Shown here piece after piece: positions 1-11,928 of a DNA stretch of 64,000 nt. Position 1 is the first letter of the stretch; every line of letters begins with the position of its first letter. The position numbers were made by a program, and so were the translations under genes. The DNA comes from the human T2T-CHM13v2.0 reference genome, Homo sapiens, in the NCBI RefSeq assembly GCF_009914755.1, contig NC_060932.1. One strand, written 5' to 3'. The notes under the pieces were generated by a model, which worked only from the letters and a program-made list of their open reading frames with translations, was not told where the DNA came from and ran no database searches.

Positions 1-540
1 GCTTCACACTTCCTGTAAGATAATAGCCAGTAGTCCTTGAATCTGGCATTCAAAGCTTTAAATCTACAAGATGATATACTGGTCATACCTTTTCCTGCCT
101 ATTTTCTAGAGTCTTTTCCCAGAAGACTCTGTTCCATGTATTTGGTGTCACTTTCCTGTCTCTGTGCCTTCCTCATACTGACCCCCTTTTCTAACCTGAC
201 TGTTGAAATCTTACCTACTCAGTCTTTTTTCATTTATTTGTTGATTGTTTCAATAAAATTAATTTACTTAATAAGTATTTACTGAGCACTGATTGCTCAT
301 CAGACAACATTCAAGAGCCTACTGAAATGGCACCTTCCCTGAGAAGCCTCTCTTAATTACACACCCATATACAATGTTTCTCTCTTCAGAACTTCCATAG
401 GTCTCTTTTTTATGCTTTCCATAAAATTTGTCACAAATCCCATACCTTATTTATGTGCATATAGGAGCATCTAATGGGAACTCAAAATTGCTTTAAAGAA
501 CATAAATGAATGAATGAACATGAATGAGCTAATGAATGAA
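1..540 (+). mobile_element. Degenerate L2 LINE 3' remnants
   Basis: L2-like 'tccttgaatctggcattcaaagc' near the start and an L2-type tail 'aaatgaatgaatgaa...aatgaatgaa' at ~504-540; boundaries approximate. Confidence 0.5.
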
Positions 541-1133
541 AGAAAAGTTATGCCTTCTGCACCAGCAGAAGCTAATGACTAAAATAAAATGGTTAAACTG
601 GACTAGAAATTTAAGATTGTTATGGGTTTCTAGTCTAGGAAACACCCTCAATGTGGTTTCCATATTGGATTATCCCAACAGAGAAAGATATGGAATCCCC
701 ATCTTCTGATTCCCACACCATTACTCTTTCTGCACCATGTTATCACATGCTACTCTATTAAAATTGAGGCAGTATTATCATACTTTGTTATTGCTTTTCA
801 TTATTAGACATAGTGTTTTAAGGACAGTATTGAATAGGAAGATTGTTTTTTCAGAGTGCTGTAACCTATTTTAGCATTCAAAGGGGCAAATGTATAAACC
901 TGAGTGGTGAGAAAAACGTAGCAGATTAACTAATTTTGAAAGATAATTTATTTTGAACTTGAGTAGGGGCTAGGGACCTTCATTAGTTCCTAAGAAAAGT
1001 AGACCACAAACTCAACCTCTATGCTCTTTTTTATCTAGTCATGATATTAGAGTATGTGTGGACTTTGACAGTGACACCTAAATGGTTTTTACTTGCCTCA
1101 TTGTTTCCTTACTAACTGTATGAAAAAAGAACA

Positions 1134-1484
1134 CGTGTTGAGCCCCTCCAATCTAAAAATACAAACTCTGGAATGCTCCAAAATTTGAAACTTTTTGAGT
1201 ACCAACATGACTCCACAAGTGGAAAATCCTGACCTCACATGTTGGGTCACAGTCAAAAGGTAGTAAAACAATTGTTTCATGTACAAAATAATTAAAAATT
1301 TGTATGAAATTATCTTCAGACTATGTGTATAAGGTGTATAAGAAACATAAATTAATTTTGTGTTTACACTTGGTCCCATCCTCATGATATCTCATTATGT
1401 ATATGCAAATATTCCAAAATCTGAAAATTCCAAAATCCAAACATTTCTGGTCCCAAGCATTTCAGACAAGGAATACTCAACATG
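1134..1484 (-). mobile_element. Tigger4/MER46-type non-autonomous DNA transposon (TcMar-Tigger)
   Basis: Minus strand reads 'catgttgagtattccttgtctgaaatgcttgggaccagaaatgtttggattttgg...atatttgcatatacataatgagatatc', matching recalled MER46/Tigger4b; degenerate CAGGTTGAG-like TIRs at both ends. Confidence 0.85.
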
Positions 1485-1904
1485 TGAGACTCTGGAGGTG
1501 AATTTTTGTTTGTTTGTTTGGTTGGTTGGTTTTTGCAGTAAATTGTTGAAGTCTTAGAAGGGGCGCATTCAGCAGTTAGAGCTTCCCTTTTAATTTGCAT
1601 ACCATGCCGAAGAAGAGGAGGTGTGATTCTCCTTCTGGAGATGATCATTCTTTCAAAAAGAATTATGGTGAATTGTGTTTTTTAAAAATAGACTTCTAGG
1701 GCAGAGTAGGGGAAAAACATAGGGAACCGTTAATTAAGGTATCAGGGCTTGAGAACGTTGTTTTTGTCTGCCCAAGACCCTTCCTTTGGAAACAGCACCT
1801 CTCCCAACATTTGTGCTCCTAGTGGACTGGTAACTTGCACTCCTAAGAACTGGAATCTTGAGGAAGACACAGAGCGATAGATGAGATTGGGGCTGAGTCA
1901 TCCA

Positions 1905-2058
1905 TGATGGTATCCTGGGCAGTTCAGAATCTCTGAGCCTCAGTTTTTCTTCCCCCCAAAATGGGATTCTATGTCTCACTGAGTTATTTGAGGATTCAGT
2001 GAGATGATGTCTCTGCAAGCTTTGGCACAGAGTTGTTATTCAAGTGAATATTAGCTAC
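1905..2058 (+). mobile_element. MIR SINE
   Basis: MIR core 'ctctgagcctcagttttt...aaaatggga...tgaggattcagtgagatgat'. Confidence 0.75.
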
Positions 2059-2281
2059 CACTCTTTGAGGTTAGTAGTCCTGGGGACAATTCTTTTCTCC
2101 CCCTAAAGAAGGAAAGGGAAAGGAAACTTTCTACTGAGGAGGTAGCAAATGCAGAATCACTGAAAGTGCTTGCGAAGAATATCCAACTATTCAAATTATG
2201 AATTAGCAAAAGATAATCAGGTGATTGTGAACTGTGGGTTGCTGCTGCTTTGTTGTAATACTGCTGTTAAAACCCACGTTA

Positions 2282-2497
2282 GAGATCACATGGACACAGG
2301 AAGGGGAATATCACACTCTGGGGACTGTGGTGGGGTCGGGGGAGGGGGGAGGGATAGCATTGGGAGATATACCTAATGCTAGATGACACATTAGTGGGTG
2401 CAGCACACCAGCATGGCACATGTATATATATGTAACTAACCTGCACAATGTGCACATGTACCCTAAAACTTAGGGTATAATAAAAAAAAAAAAAAAA
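2282..2497 (+). mobile_element. 5'-truncated L1HS (Ta-type) 3' UTR with A16 tail
   Basis: Near-exact L1HS 3' UTR; Ta diagnostic ACA at 2388-2390 (gatgacACAttag), G at 2473 (aaaacttaG), 'gtggtggggtcgggggag'; poly(A) 2482-2497. Confidence 0.92.
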
Positions 2498-3094
2498 GTC
2501 AATAGTACTGCAGAAACTCAGGCTTCTTGTTGGGTCGGGGAGTGGCGAAATGTAAAGGGAGTAAAAAGGGTGGTAGTCTATAAAGGAACTAGCCATCCAG
2601 CCACCCAGAAACCAAGTCCCTCTTTTAATTAATAGAGTTATGGAGAGGCTCCAGCATATTAATAAATGTCCCCCTATGGGTGGTGAGAACGTCAAATGTG
2701 AAACAGAGCATATTGGATTTTGTAATAAAAATACAGAGAATTATAAATGAGATGTCCAGGAGGCATCTAAGTTAAGGACACCTAAGATCAAGAATTTATA
2801 TTCTAGTTGATAAAAAGTTGTGGATAAAATTAGGGTGCTGAGATGGAAAAAGAAAGGCTCCTGTTGGCAGGAGGAACACTGATATGAAGTGATGGGAGAG
2901 TTTTGATCAAGCCTGTATCTTTGGTATTTAATATGGGGATGCGTAGAGAGTATTAGAAGCCATAGGTACAGCCACATACATTGTTAAAATGTGACTTTTT
3001 GTATATTATTTCACGTTTGAGCAATTACCAACTTACTAGCAGTTGTACAAAAAGTAAGCCATTGTGAATTTGGGATGCATTTTCACATATACAT

Positions 3095-3505
3095 TGTATT
3101 AGACCATTCTTGCATTGCTATTAAGAAATACATCAGACTGTGTAATTTATAAAGAAGAGGTTTAATTGGCTCATGACTCTGGAGGCTTTATAGGAAGCAT
3201 GGTGCTGACATCTGCTCGGCTTCTGGGGAGGACTTAGGAAGCTTACAATCATGGTGAAGGTGAAGGAGAAGCAGGCAACTCACGTGGCGGGAGTGGGAGC
3301 AAGAGAGAGAGAGTGGGAGGAGAGGTGCCACACACTTTTAAACAACCAGATCTCATGAAAACTCACTCACTATTGCAAAGGCAGCACCAAGCCATGAGGA
3401 ATCTTCCCCCATGATCCAAACACCTCCCACCAGGCCCCACCTCCAGCACTAGGGATTACAATTCAAAAGGAGATTTGACTGGGGATAAATATCGAAACTA
3501 TATTA
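3095..3505 (-). mobile_element. MSTA-like MaLR solo LTR
   Basis: Begins 'tgtattagaccattcttgcattgcta', contains 'aggaagcttacaatcatgg' and 'acacctcccaccaggccccacctcc'; 5-bp TSD tacat/gacat. Confidence 0.9.
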
Positions 3506-3777
3506 GACATGAAGCTGCAAATTATTATTTAATTCATATTCTAGCATTAGGTATACCAGAACAAGGTATCTGGGTAAGAGAAAGTCGATATGAAGGGCAC
3601 AAGATAATGGAGGAAGACAGTTTCTTCTATCGTCTAGGGACTTTGAGCCAATTCTTGGGAAAAAAAATAGATGATGTTGTCTTTGATGGTCCTTTTGTTG
3701 TTGTTTTGATCCTCTTCTTCAAATTCCTGGTACCTTTTCTTTCTGACTAACAGAACTCTCTTGTTGTAAAACAGCCC

Positions 3778-3910
3778 AGTGAAATAGGTATTATCCCAAT
3801 GTTACAGTTGAGAAAAGGGGGCTCAGAAAGGTTTTGTTAACTTGCTCATGCCAGTATAATAAATAGGAAAAGCCAGTTTCATAATCAAGTATGTCTGGCT
3901 CTAAAGCTCA
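3778..3910 (-). mobile_element. MIR SINE fragment
   Basis: 'ggtattatcccaatgttacagttgagaaaa...gctcagaaaggtt...taacttgctca'. Confidence 0.65.
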
Positions 3911-4734
3911 CCAAGTCCAACATTTTTGCCTTGGAATGTGTAAGTTAACAATGCCCCCACTAACAACATGAAGCAATACAGAAGGAATGGGTTGAGATGG
4001 GGTTTGGGCAAAGAAAAGATGAGCTTGGTTTTAGGTATGTTGATTTTGAGCTACCTTGGAAAGCCATTTTCTGTTTTGTGGTTGCAAGAGAAATCGTGGT
4101 TTGTTGCCCTGTGTTAGACATGGGTAAACTTAGAGTGTTCCATTTGCTGTAGAATTAGTGGAGGATAGATAGATGGGATATATAGGCAGAGATCGATAGA
4201 TAGTTGTTTGTACATTGGTTGTTTGAAAGTTGAGCAATGTCTGCAGTCACTAGTCAGTATTTCTATTGCTTAGCAACTCTATTTCCTCATGTAGCCATAA
4301 CAAATGGAACTTTTATATTTATTTTTTATGCTTAAGGGTACATAGTGCTGCTTATAAATGATGCATAAGTGACAATTTTATACTGTGAGCATTACTCTGA
4401 CTCTTGGAATCATAGAATCTCAAGGTTGGACGGGAACTTAATAGTTGGATTTGTTCTATATTCAGACTGCTTTACACCTCCATGAGGTCCTGACTGACAC
4501 ATACTACTCATTTAGATAGTGCTCCCTATCTGAAAAGTCTTGGTTTTCAGATAACATTTTCTTTCCTTTAGGCAAATTATTCCTGTTTTACCCATGAAGG
4601 ACAAATCCAAATATCTTGTCTTCATGAGAACTCATTGCACATTTAGAAATAGGCCCCATGTCTCTGCCAATTTTCTCTTTCCTGGGCTGAGCTTCTTCTC
4701 CATCTTTTCAGTGGCTCCTTGGAGAGATATATTC

Positions 4735-5130
4735 CTTGAGCGCAGGACTCTTTAGCCCAGGTTCTGGGAATGCACCTCACAGAAGGCTCCAGTGTCATCC
4801 CCTGCAGGCATTGTCTCACTGGCAGAGAGCCACTCATCCATGGCCATAGCCTTTTCCGGTGTAGTCCCCATCTAATGATCAATTCAGATGGGGTATAAAA
4901 GCTCAGTTATTTCAGTCCAATATGTGACAACTCTGACAAGCCATTTTAGTCTCAGAGCTGCTCATGGGGTCAGCTGAGTCTATTGTTGGGCTGCATTGCA
5001 ACTTGATTTGTTTTCTGTTCCTTCTTGAGTCCTTCCCCTCCCTTTCTCAGGTGTTCATTCCCAGGGCATAAACATTCTGCCTGCCAACTCTGATGCAGAG
5101 TCTGCCTCCTGGGGAACCAAGCCTGCAATG
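4735..5130 (+). mobile_element. LTR16-like ERVL solo LTR
   Basis: 'gggtataaaagctcag' TATA region and 3' end 'ataaacattctgcctgccaactctgatgcagagtctgcctcctggggaaccaagcctgcaa', typical of LTR16. Confidence 0.7.
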
Positions 5131-5322
5131 TATGACTTCAAGTCTTCTTATGAAACCATTCCAATTTGTTTATGGACTTAGACTTCTGGAGTGGATAGAT
5201 ACCTCTAGGTGTAATCTCCTGTGTAATCAGAATACATTTTGCTTTGAAGAATATTTTAAATTAAGTAAGATTCCACAAATCTAATGTGTAAAGCTCATGC
5301 AGTAGAAAGTTTTCAGTGTGGA

Positions 5323-5430
5323 TGTCTTAGCTTAGGTTCCCCCTCAAAAGCAGAGTGTGAAACAAGGACTTACATGTGAGTAGTTTATTTGAGGAAATTA
5401 TCCCAAGGAACAGAAGTGGGAGACTGGAAA
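5323..5430 (-). mobile_element. LTR33/LTR16-like ERVL LTR 3' fragment
   Basis: 'tgtcttagcttaggttccccc...aagcagag...acaaggact...gagtagtttattt' is the reverse complement of an ERVL LTR end with AATAAA. Confidence 0.65.
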
Positions 5431-5959
5431 TGATTGTTCACAATAATCTCTGTCATTTCATAGCCATAGTTTTTCATCAACACTTTCCTAATGAGCTCAT
5501 CTTTGGGATGCCAAGTGACATTGCTGTGTGCTTTCTTCAAGAGATCTGAGCAATGTAGTCAGACAGCCAATTAACATTTTTATTTACTTTGGGAAAGCTT
5601 TGAGTCCTGAGACCTGCATGAGATTTTTCTGGTAGTATTTCCAACTGTCTAACAAAACATGTCAAAAATTTCATATTTGTCGTTCCAGGAATTCAGCTTA
5701 ATAAGACTACACAGACCAGGACTGAGAGGTTGGTGGCAAAGGAAGGAGCTACTGAGAGCCACACATCAATAAAATGAGATATCCAAAGCATGGAAGGAGG
5801 GTCAGTCAAGGCAATGAGGGATAGACTGGGATCAGTTCAGGAGGCTCCTCCCAGAACCAGGAATCTAATTAGGAGACTGAAAAGAAAGGAAGTGAAGGGG
5901 CCCCAAGCCAGAGAGCCCTATGTATAAAATTATACATGATTTTATATATGTAAGTCGTA

Positions 5960-6135
5960 ATTTAATTCTCACAGAAATATTGTGAAGAATGTGCCAATAT
6001 TATTATCAAAACTATTTAGCAGATGAAGTAACTGAGGCACAAAGAGGCCAAATAAATTGTCCGATGTTGCATAGGTAGTAAGTGGCTGAGCCTGACTTCA
6101 AACCTCGATAGACTTTTCCCAAAGTTCATGCTCTT
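5960..6135 (-). mobile_element. MIR SINE
   Basis: 'cagatgaagtaactgaggcacaaagagg...gtaagtggctgagcctgacttcaaacc'. Confidence 0.8.
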
Positions 6136-6251
6136 CTGAATATTACTTATTTCTCATGTACCTGTTTCTGAGGCAGAGGTTCTCATGTATTATAAATTTC
6201 CTTGATGAAAGACCAGGACTGGTTCAGAATGTGTGTGTTGGAGAAGAGGGG

Positions 6252-6970
6252 TGTAACAGATACACATTTTATAGACCTCCTTCCATCCCATCCATCTGGG
6301 CCCACTGCATCTTGCACTGCACCACTCAGGGAACTTCCCCCTTGCCCTTGTCTGCTACTATGTATCTCGGTCAGCAAGTTCCAACTTGGAGTTTCTGGCT
6401 CTTCTTGCCACTTCAGGACTTGGATGAGATACTAAGCCATGGGGCACGCAATGTGGCCCCACATGTGTTGGAAGAAGCCAGATGATACACCCTGGACATG
6501 AAGGAGAGTTAACTCCTTGTAGGGTGAAATTTGACCAGAGGAGGGCAATGGACAGGAGGGAAGTGGCTAAATTCCCTCATCTTGCACTGTCCAATCGACT
6601 TCTCTGAGGCATGAGTTTTTCTTCTAGCTCATTCTTTCCCTTGTCAAGTGGACACACCAGCAAAGGACCTGTTGCGTCTCTTTGTGGCTTAGTGTGAAGT
6701 GATAGGCAGGATAGTGATCCTTCAGTTGGCATTGCTTGGCATCTTTTCTTGCCTCAATTTCCTTCTAGCTCATTCTTTCCCTTGTCAAGTGGATGCACCA
6801 GCAAAGGACCTGTTGCGTCCCTTTGTGGCTTAGTGTGAAGTGATAGGCAGCATAGTGATACTTCAGTTGGCGTTGCTTGGCATCTTTTCTTGCCTCACTT
6901 TCCTTCTTTCTAATCCTTGTACCCTGGGTTTACCCCTTTCAAAGAAAGCATTAAAGGCCAAGCTAAGAAA
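6252..6970 (+). mobile_element. Old ERVL-type solo LTR (subfamily uncertain) with internal duplication
   Basis: Starts 'tgtaac'; internal 'ttgaccagaggagggcaatggacaggagggaagtggctaaattccc'; ends 'ccaagctaagaaa', resembling an '...ctaagaca' terminus. Confidence 0.5.
6621..6902. repeat. Tandem duplication, 2 x 141 bp
   Basis: Copies 6621-6761 and 6762-6902 align without gaps and differ by about 7 substitutions. Confidence 0.97.
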
Positions 6971-7274
6971 ATGGGTCTGGACTAAAAAGTGGAAACAAAT
7001 AGAGTAGTAGGCATAGTTCTTAACAGCACTTCACTGTTCAGAGACAAGAAAGGACATAGATTCTTTGAAAAATAAGTGTAGAACAAGTTAGATGTTGATA
7101 TTATGACTAATGTGTAAGTTCCAGTACTTAACAAGAAGTTGTTGTAAGGTGAGTATTTATGAAGAAGGGGGAGAAGGGAAGAACTCCCTGATCAGGCTGA
7201 TTTTAAGTCAGATCTATTTACTGCCTGTTATGCCTGTCTCCTCTTCCTCTTCATGTTGCTAATAGCAAAAATAG

Positions 7275-7455
7275 CCGCTATTTTCTGAACACTTAAATAT
7301 ATGTCTGAGACCATGCTAAGTGCTTTATGTATATTTTCTCATTTATTCCTTTGAGGTAGAAAATTGAGACTCAGAGAAGAGAAGTAGCTGTCAAGCAGCT
7401 AATGAGTGCTAGCACCAGATTTCAAACCCAGGGCTGACTAACTCTGAAGCCCATA
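7275..7455 (-). mobile_element. MIR SINE
   Basis: 'ccatgctaagtgctttatgtatattttctcatttattcc...aattgagactcagaga...gatttcaaacccagg'. Confidence 0.75.
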
Positions 7456-8157
7456 CTAAAAATGGATTTGTTCTGCTGTCTTCTGCAAAGTTCCTTATCA
7501 AAGGAAGTTATCTAGAGCAGAGGAAAGCCATATGGAGAAAAAAATATGGCATGAGAGCATCTTATTCATTTTGTTCTTATTTGCTCCGAAAGCAACTTCT
7601 GGTGGAGCCAGCTGCTGGTGTTTGGAGTGTCTTTGCCTTCTAGGAGGAAATACTCTTTCCTAGGTGCCACACTGTTGATACTTCTCAAGACCAAAATACC
7701 ACAGGCCTCCAGCTCCTTGATAAAGCTTTAATGTGTTGAATTGGCATAAATCAATTCCCTAAGTCTGCCTAGCAGAACCAAACTCTGAATATGGTGACCT
7801 CACAGGGTCACCTAGCTCAAGGCAGCCAGCAGGCTTCCTACTTGATACTTTCTTTGATAGATGTCTTTAGGGGAGCCAACTTTTCTTTAACATCTTTCCT
7901 TTGACTCTAAAGCTCTCCTCTCCCAACATTTCCTCCTCAGTTTAACCCGAGTTATGTGTTCATGACATAAATAGGGCCACGTTTGCCGCTGAATGATGTC
8001 ACAGTGCAGGTGATCCACAGATAGAGAATACAAATAGCATTTGACATTTGCCTTTGGGATGCCTTATACTACTTTTTATCCTCCCAGTAATGTTTACATT
8101 GTTGTTTTGTTTTTGTTTTTTGTTATTTAAATGATAATGGCAAAAGACCCTTGTTAA

Positions 8158-8272
8158 GAGTCATGAGATCTGGGATCTGATTGCAGCTCTGACTTATCAT
8201 CTGGATGTGACTTTGATCTGTCACCTGGTCCTCTGACGACTCAGTTCATTCACCTGCAAAATGGGAGAGTTG
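8158..8272 (+). mobile_element. MIR/MIR3 fragment
   Basis: 'gagtcatgagatctggg...gtgactttg...ctcagttcattcacctgcaaaatggg'. Confidence 0.65.
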
Positions 8273-8285
8273 GGAGAGATTATTT

Positions 8286-8467
8286 ATTCTTAAACCATGC
8301 TGATCATCAGAATCACCACAGATGCTTTTTAAAAAGGGCCCATCTCAGAGTCCTGAATCACACTTCAGGTGAAGGGAGGAGAAAGGAGATTGGGGAGAGG
8401 AGCAAAGGTCCAGAATCCATAATTGCAACAAGCTGCCTGGGTCATTCTGATGCACAGTTTAGGACAA
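8286..8467. mobile_element. MER5-type hAT-Charlie element
   Basis: 'catcagaatcacc...tttttaaaa...acaagctgcctgggtcattctgatgcacag'. Confidence 0.55.
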
Positions 8468-8692
8468 CTTTATGCAATACTGCCAGTTGCACAACTCCAA
8501 GGGGTGCCACTTGCATTCTACAGACTCCATGGGCACAGTTCACATGAAATAGAATCTGAACAGCCCCTCTTGGTATTGTGTAATACAGCAGCCCTGTATG
8601 AGCTGATTACTGTATAGGGTCATTTGTAAGCATGGATATTCTTTGATTGGATGACAGTAGAGTGCTTTGAGGTCCTCAGTAGACAGTAGCCC

Positions 8693-9065
8693 TGTATTAG
8701 TTCATTTTCACTCTGCTATAAAGAACTACCTGAGACTGGGTAATTTATAGAGAAAAGAAGTTTAATGGACTCTTAGTTCTGCATGGCTAGGGAGGCCTCA
8801 GGAAACATACAATCATGGCACAAGGCCAAGGGGAAGCAAGGCACATCTTACATGGTGACAGGAGAAAGAGAGAGAGAGAGTGAGGGGGGAAGTGCCACAC
8901 TTTAAAACCATCAGATCTTGTGAGACCTCACTCACTATCATGAGAATAACAAGGGAGAAATCCACCCCCATGATCCAATCACCTCCCACCAGGCCCTTCC
9001 TCTAACATGTGGGGATTACAGTTTGAGATGAGATTTGAATGGGGACACAGAGCCACACCATATCA
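8693..9065 (-). mobile_element. THE1D/THE1C-like MaLR solo LTR
   Basis: 'tgtattagttcattttcactctgctataaagaactacctgagactgggtaatttat...gggaggcctcaggaaac...gggacacagagccacaccatatca'; both termini present. Confidence 0.92.
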
Positions 9066-9709
9066 GACCCATAAGCATGTGGTTACAGATGAAGGCACAG
9101 TAGCTGTGACCAATAGGATAGGAAAGTGGATGGCTTAAGAACAGCTGATGAACACTGCCCCATACAAAGCTGACTCTCAGATTGTCTCCCACATTATAGC
9201 ATTACAGCTGGTGCCCATCTGACAAGAGGGAGAGGTGTGTGAAGAAAGCAGGATGTTGAGAGCAGCGTGAGCCAAACAGCAGGACCTCGGGTCATGGTTT
9301 CCCCAATAGGGTTGAATTGAGGAAAAGAAACAAGGCTTTCTCCCAGCTAAGAAAAGCTTTTAGTTGCCTACTAATTTCTGTGCTTTGGGGTTTCTTTGAC
9401 TTTGTTTTCCCTTTACACATGGTGAAATTCCTTTTGAAAATAAATTCAGCCCTGTCTTAACCAAAAAAAAAAAAAAAAAAAAAAAGACTGGTAAACCTGT
9501 ATGGAGATATTACTTGAGTTCCTAGAAGCCAGGTTTTGTTAGTAAAAAATTGGATAAGTTTGGGTACTTGGGCAGACAGAAAGTTGAAAATCTGGGGAAA
9601 GACTGTTAGCATGCAGTTGTGATTACATTAAATGTTATAAATGAATTTTTATCAGAAGCTATTGAGATGCTGCTGAGCTGACTTGAGGTATTCCATTGTC
9701 TAGAATAAT

Positions 9710-9868
9710 ACTCTGCTTAATTTGCATGAGAATCAGTTGAGGCATTTGTCAAAAATGCAGATTCCTGCCACAGCCCCAGGCAATTCTGAGTCACCGGGTA
9801 TGGAGGGGGCATCTGGGCTGTGCATTTTACATGAGCATCCAAAAATCATGCTTTGAGAATGCTGCCCT
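9710..9868. mobile_element. MER5-type hAT-Charlie element
   Basis: 'gcatgagaatcagttgagg...aaaatgcagattcctg...attctgagtca...tgcatttt...tttgagaatgctg'. Confidence 0.65.
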
Positions 9869-10209
9869 AGACAACTGATGGAAAGACAGGGAACTTTGTT
9901 CCAGAATACATCCTGTGTTCCTTGGAAATTATATTAACTCCTCTCAGCCTTAGTTTTCCCTCATGTAATGTGGATAATGATACTTACCCTTTCCAAAATC
10001 AGAGGTCTTAGAAAAGTATTTTAAAAAATAAACTGGATAAAAGAGGTAATGCTAGTTACTTAGAATAGGAATTTATGTGAATAAAAGTCTATGTCTTGGG
10101 CTTCTGTAAACTCACCTCTCAACCCCAGCATACAGCACAAGAATATGGAAATAGAAGGAAGTATGTATGCATATATGTGTATAAATATGATTGAGATTGT
10201 GTAGGAGCC

Positions 10210-10562
10210 TGTCTTAGTCCATTTGTGCTGCTATAACAAAATTATAATAAAATACCACCAACTACATAGCTTATATACAACAGAAACTTATTTCTCACAG
10301 TTTTGGTGGCTGGGAGGCCCAAGACCAAGGAGCTAGCTGACTCAGTGTCTGATGAAGGCTCACTTTCTCATAGATGGGGCTTTTTTGCTATGTGTCCTCC
10401 TGTGGTGGAAGGGGCAAGGCAGCTCTCTGGGGCCTCTTTTATAAGGACACTAATTCCATTCATGAGGACTCTGCCCTCATGACCTAATCACCTTCCAAAC
10501 ACCCTGCTTCCTGTCACATCACATATGAATTTTGGGAGGACACAAATGCTCAGACCATAGGA
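10210..10562 (-). mobile_element. MLT1A-type MaLR solo LTR
   Basis: 'tgtcttagtccatttgtgctgctataacaaaa...tttctcacagttttggtggctggga...ctcttttataaggacactaattccattcatgagg...cagaccatag'; TSD gagcc/gaacc. Confidence 0.9.
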
Positions 10563-10799
10563 GAACCTTGGAAAGATTTCTAGAAAGTCAAACAATAGAT
10601 TTTTAAGAAGTCTATTTTCTAATAAGCTATTAGTTAGTGCTTATTAGAAAATAGAATCTGCCAAAGTAATGTAGGAGGAGCATTTATCAAGGCAGATTGA
10701 TAGAGACAGCTCAGTAGATAAGGCAAACAAATGTTGACCAGTGAATTATATTCATAATATATTTTGTATTTGTAATATATTTTGTTCTTATTTAGAGAA

Positions 10800-11260
10800 T
10801 GTACTAATTAGGGTAAAGTATAGCTGCTGTAACAGAGAACCAACAATCTAGTGGCTCAAATAACAAAGAAGTTTATTTACTGCTCATGTAGCAATCCTGG
10901 TATGAGTAGTCATTGCCTGATGAGTAACTTTGCTCTGCATGGTCATTCGGTGAGAGGTTCCTTCTATCTTGTTGCCCTGCTGTCACGTAGGACACTGCCA
11001 TCATTTACTTTGCAGAAGCTGGCTTGTCACCTGGAAAAGGGACAGAGAACATGGATCATCATAAAGCTCAGACCTGGAAATGGCACATAGAACTTCCATT
11101 CACAAACCACTAGTGAGCTTAAAAACACCAGGATGCCTAAGTGAAGGGGAGGCTGGGGAATGTAGCCTATCAAAATAGCCATACCCAACCATAACTCTAT
11201 TGTTACTGCTGTTGAAGAACGGGAGAATGGGGTTGGTGACTAACTAGCAGTCTCTGCCAT
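10800..11260 (-). mobile_element. Old MLT1 (J/K/L-like) solo LTR
   Basis: 'tagctgctgtaacag...tctagtggctcaaataacaaagaagtttatttactgctca' start and 'ctagcagtctctgcca' end. Confidence 0.65.
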
Positions 11261-11806
11261 GGGAAGGTATACAGAACTTTGAAAATGGAGCCAATTACTA
11301 CTTTTTATGGCTTCACTAATTGGCCAGAGCTACTACTGTGCTGTGGAGTATCAGTGTTTCCTTTGATGTGTTGTTCCTAGCCTCTCTATGGGCTTATATC
11401 TAGCATCCCAGGTAAACCTGAGAGTTATCCTGGGCAATGTGGATGCTGGTATTCCATTTTCTCAATTTTAGGGTTCTCCTCCTGTATCCTGTACAGGTCA
11501 TGAGAAAAGACTTGTTGAGTCCTATCCTACTGTTAATAAATGTGCTGTTGATAGGAAAATGTTGGCAGAAGTGCCAATATGAATAGTCTTCTAGTTGCTT
11601 TTCTGATGGTTGTGACATAATGAATCTCAAATGTGACTTTTGTCATATAATTGGAGGCTCTGAACATTAAGAACATTTTCTTAAGGATCATCCAGGCAGA
11701 AAATGAGTTCACAGGTTTTTAACATTTTTACTGATGGTTCCCAAGGCTCCACCTGTCCCTTCATTCTATTCTATACTGCCTCTTTATTGGATTTCTCCCC
11801 CACTGC

Positions 11807-11810
<4 letters not shown>

Positions 11811-11848
<38 letters not shown>

Positions 11849-11928
11849 TGTGTGTGTGAGGAGAGAGAGACGAGAGAGAGAGGAGAGAGGGAGAAGAGAG
11901 AGAGAAGAGAGAGACAGAAAGAGAAAAG
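11811..11928. repeat. Compound microsatellite (TG)18-TC-(TG)5 followed by imperfect (GA)n
   Basis: Read directly from sequence. Confidence 0.97.

Noticed and set aside
1553-1568. CTCF-like motif agaaggggcgca
   Set aside because: Mismatches at core positions of the CCASYAGRKGGCRS consensus.
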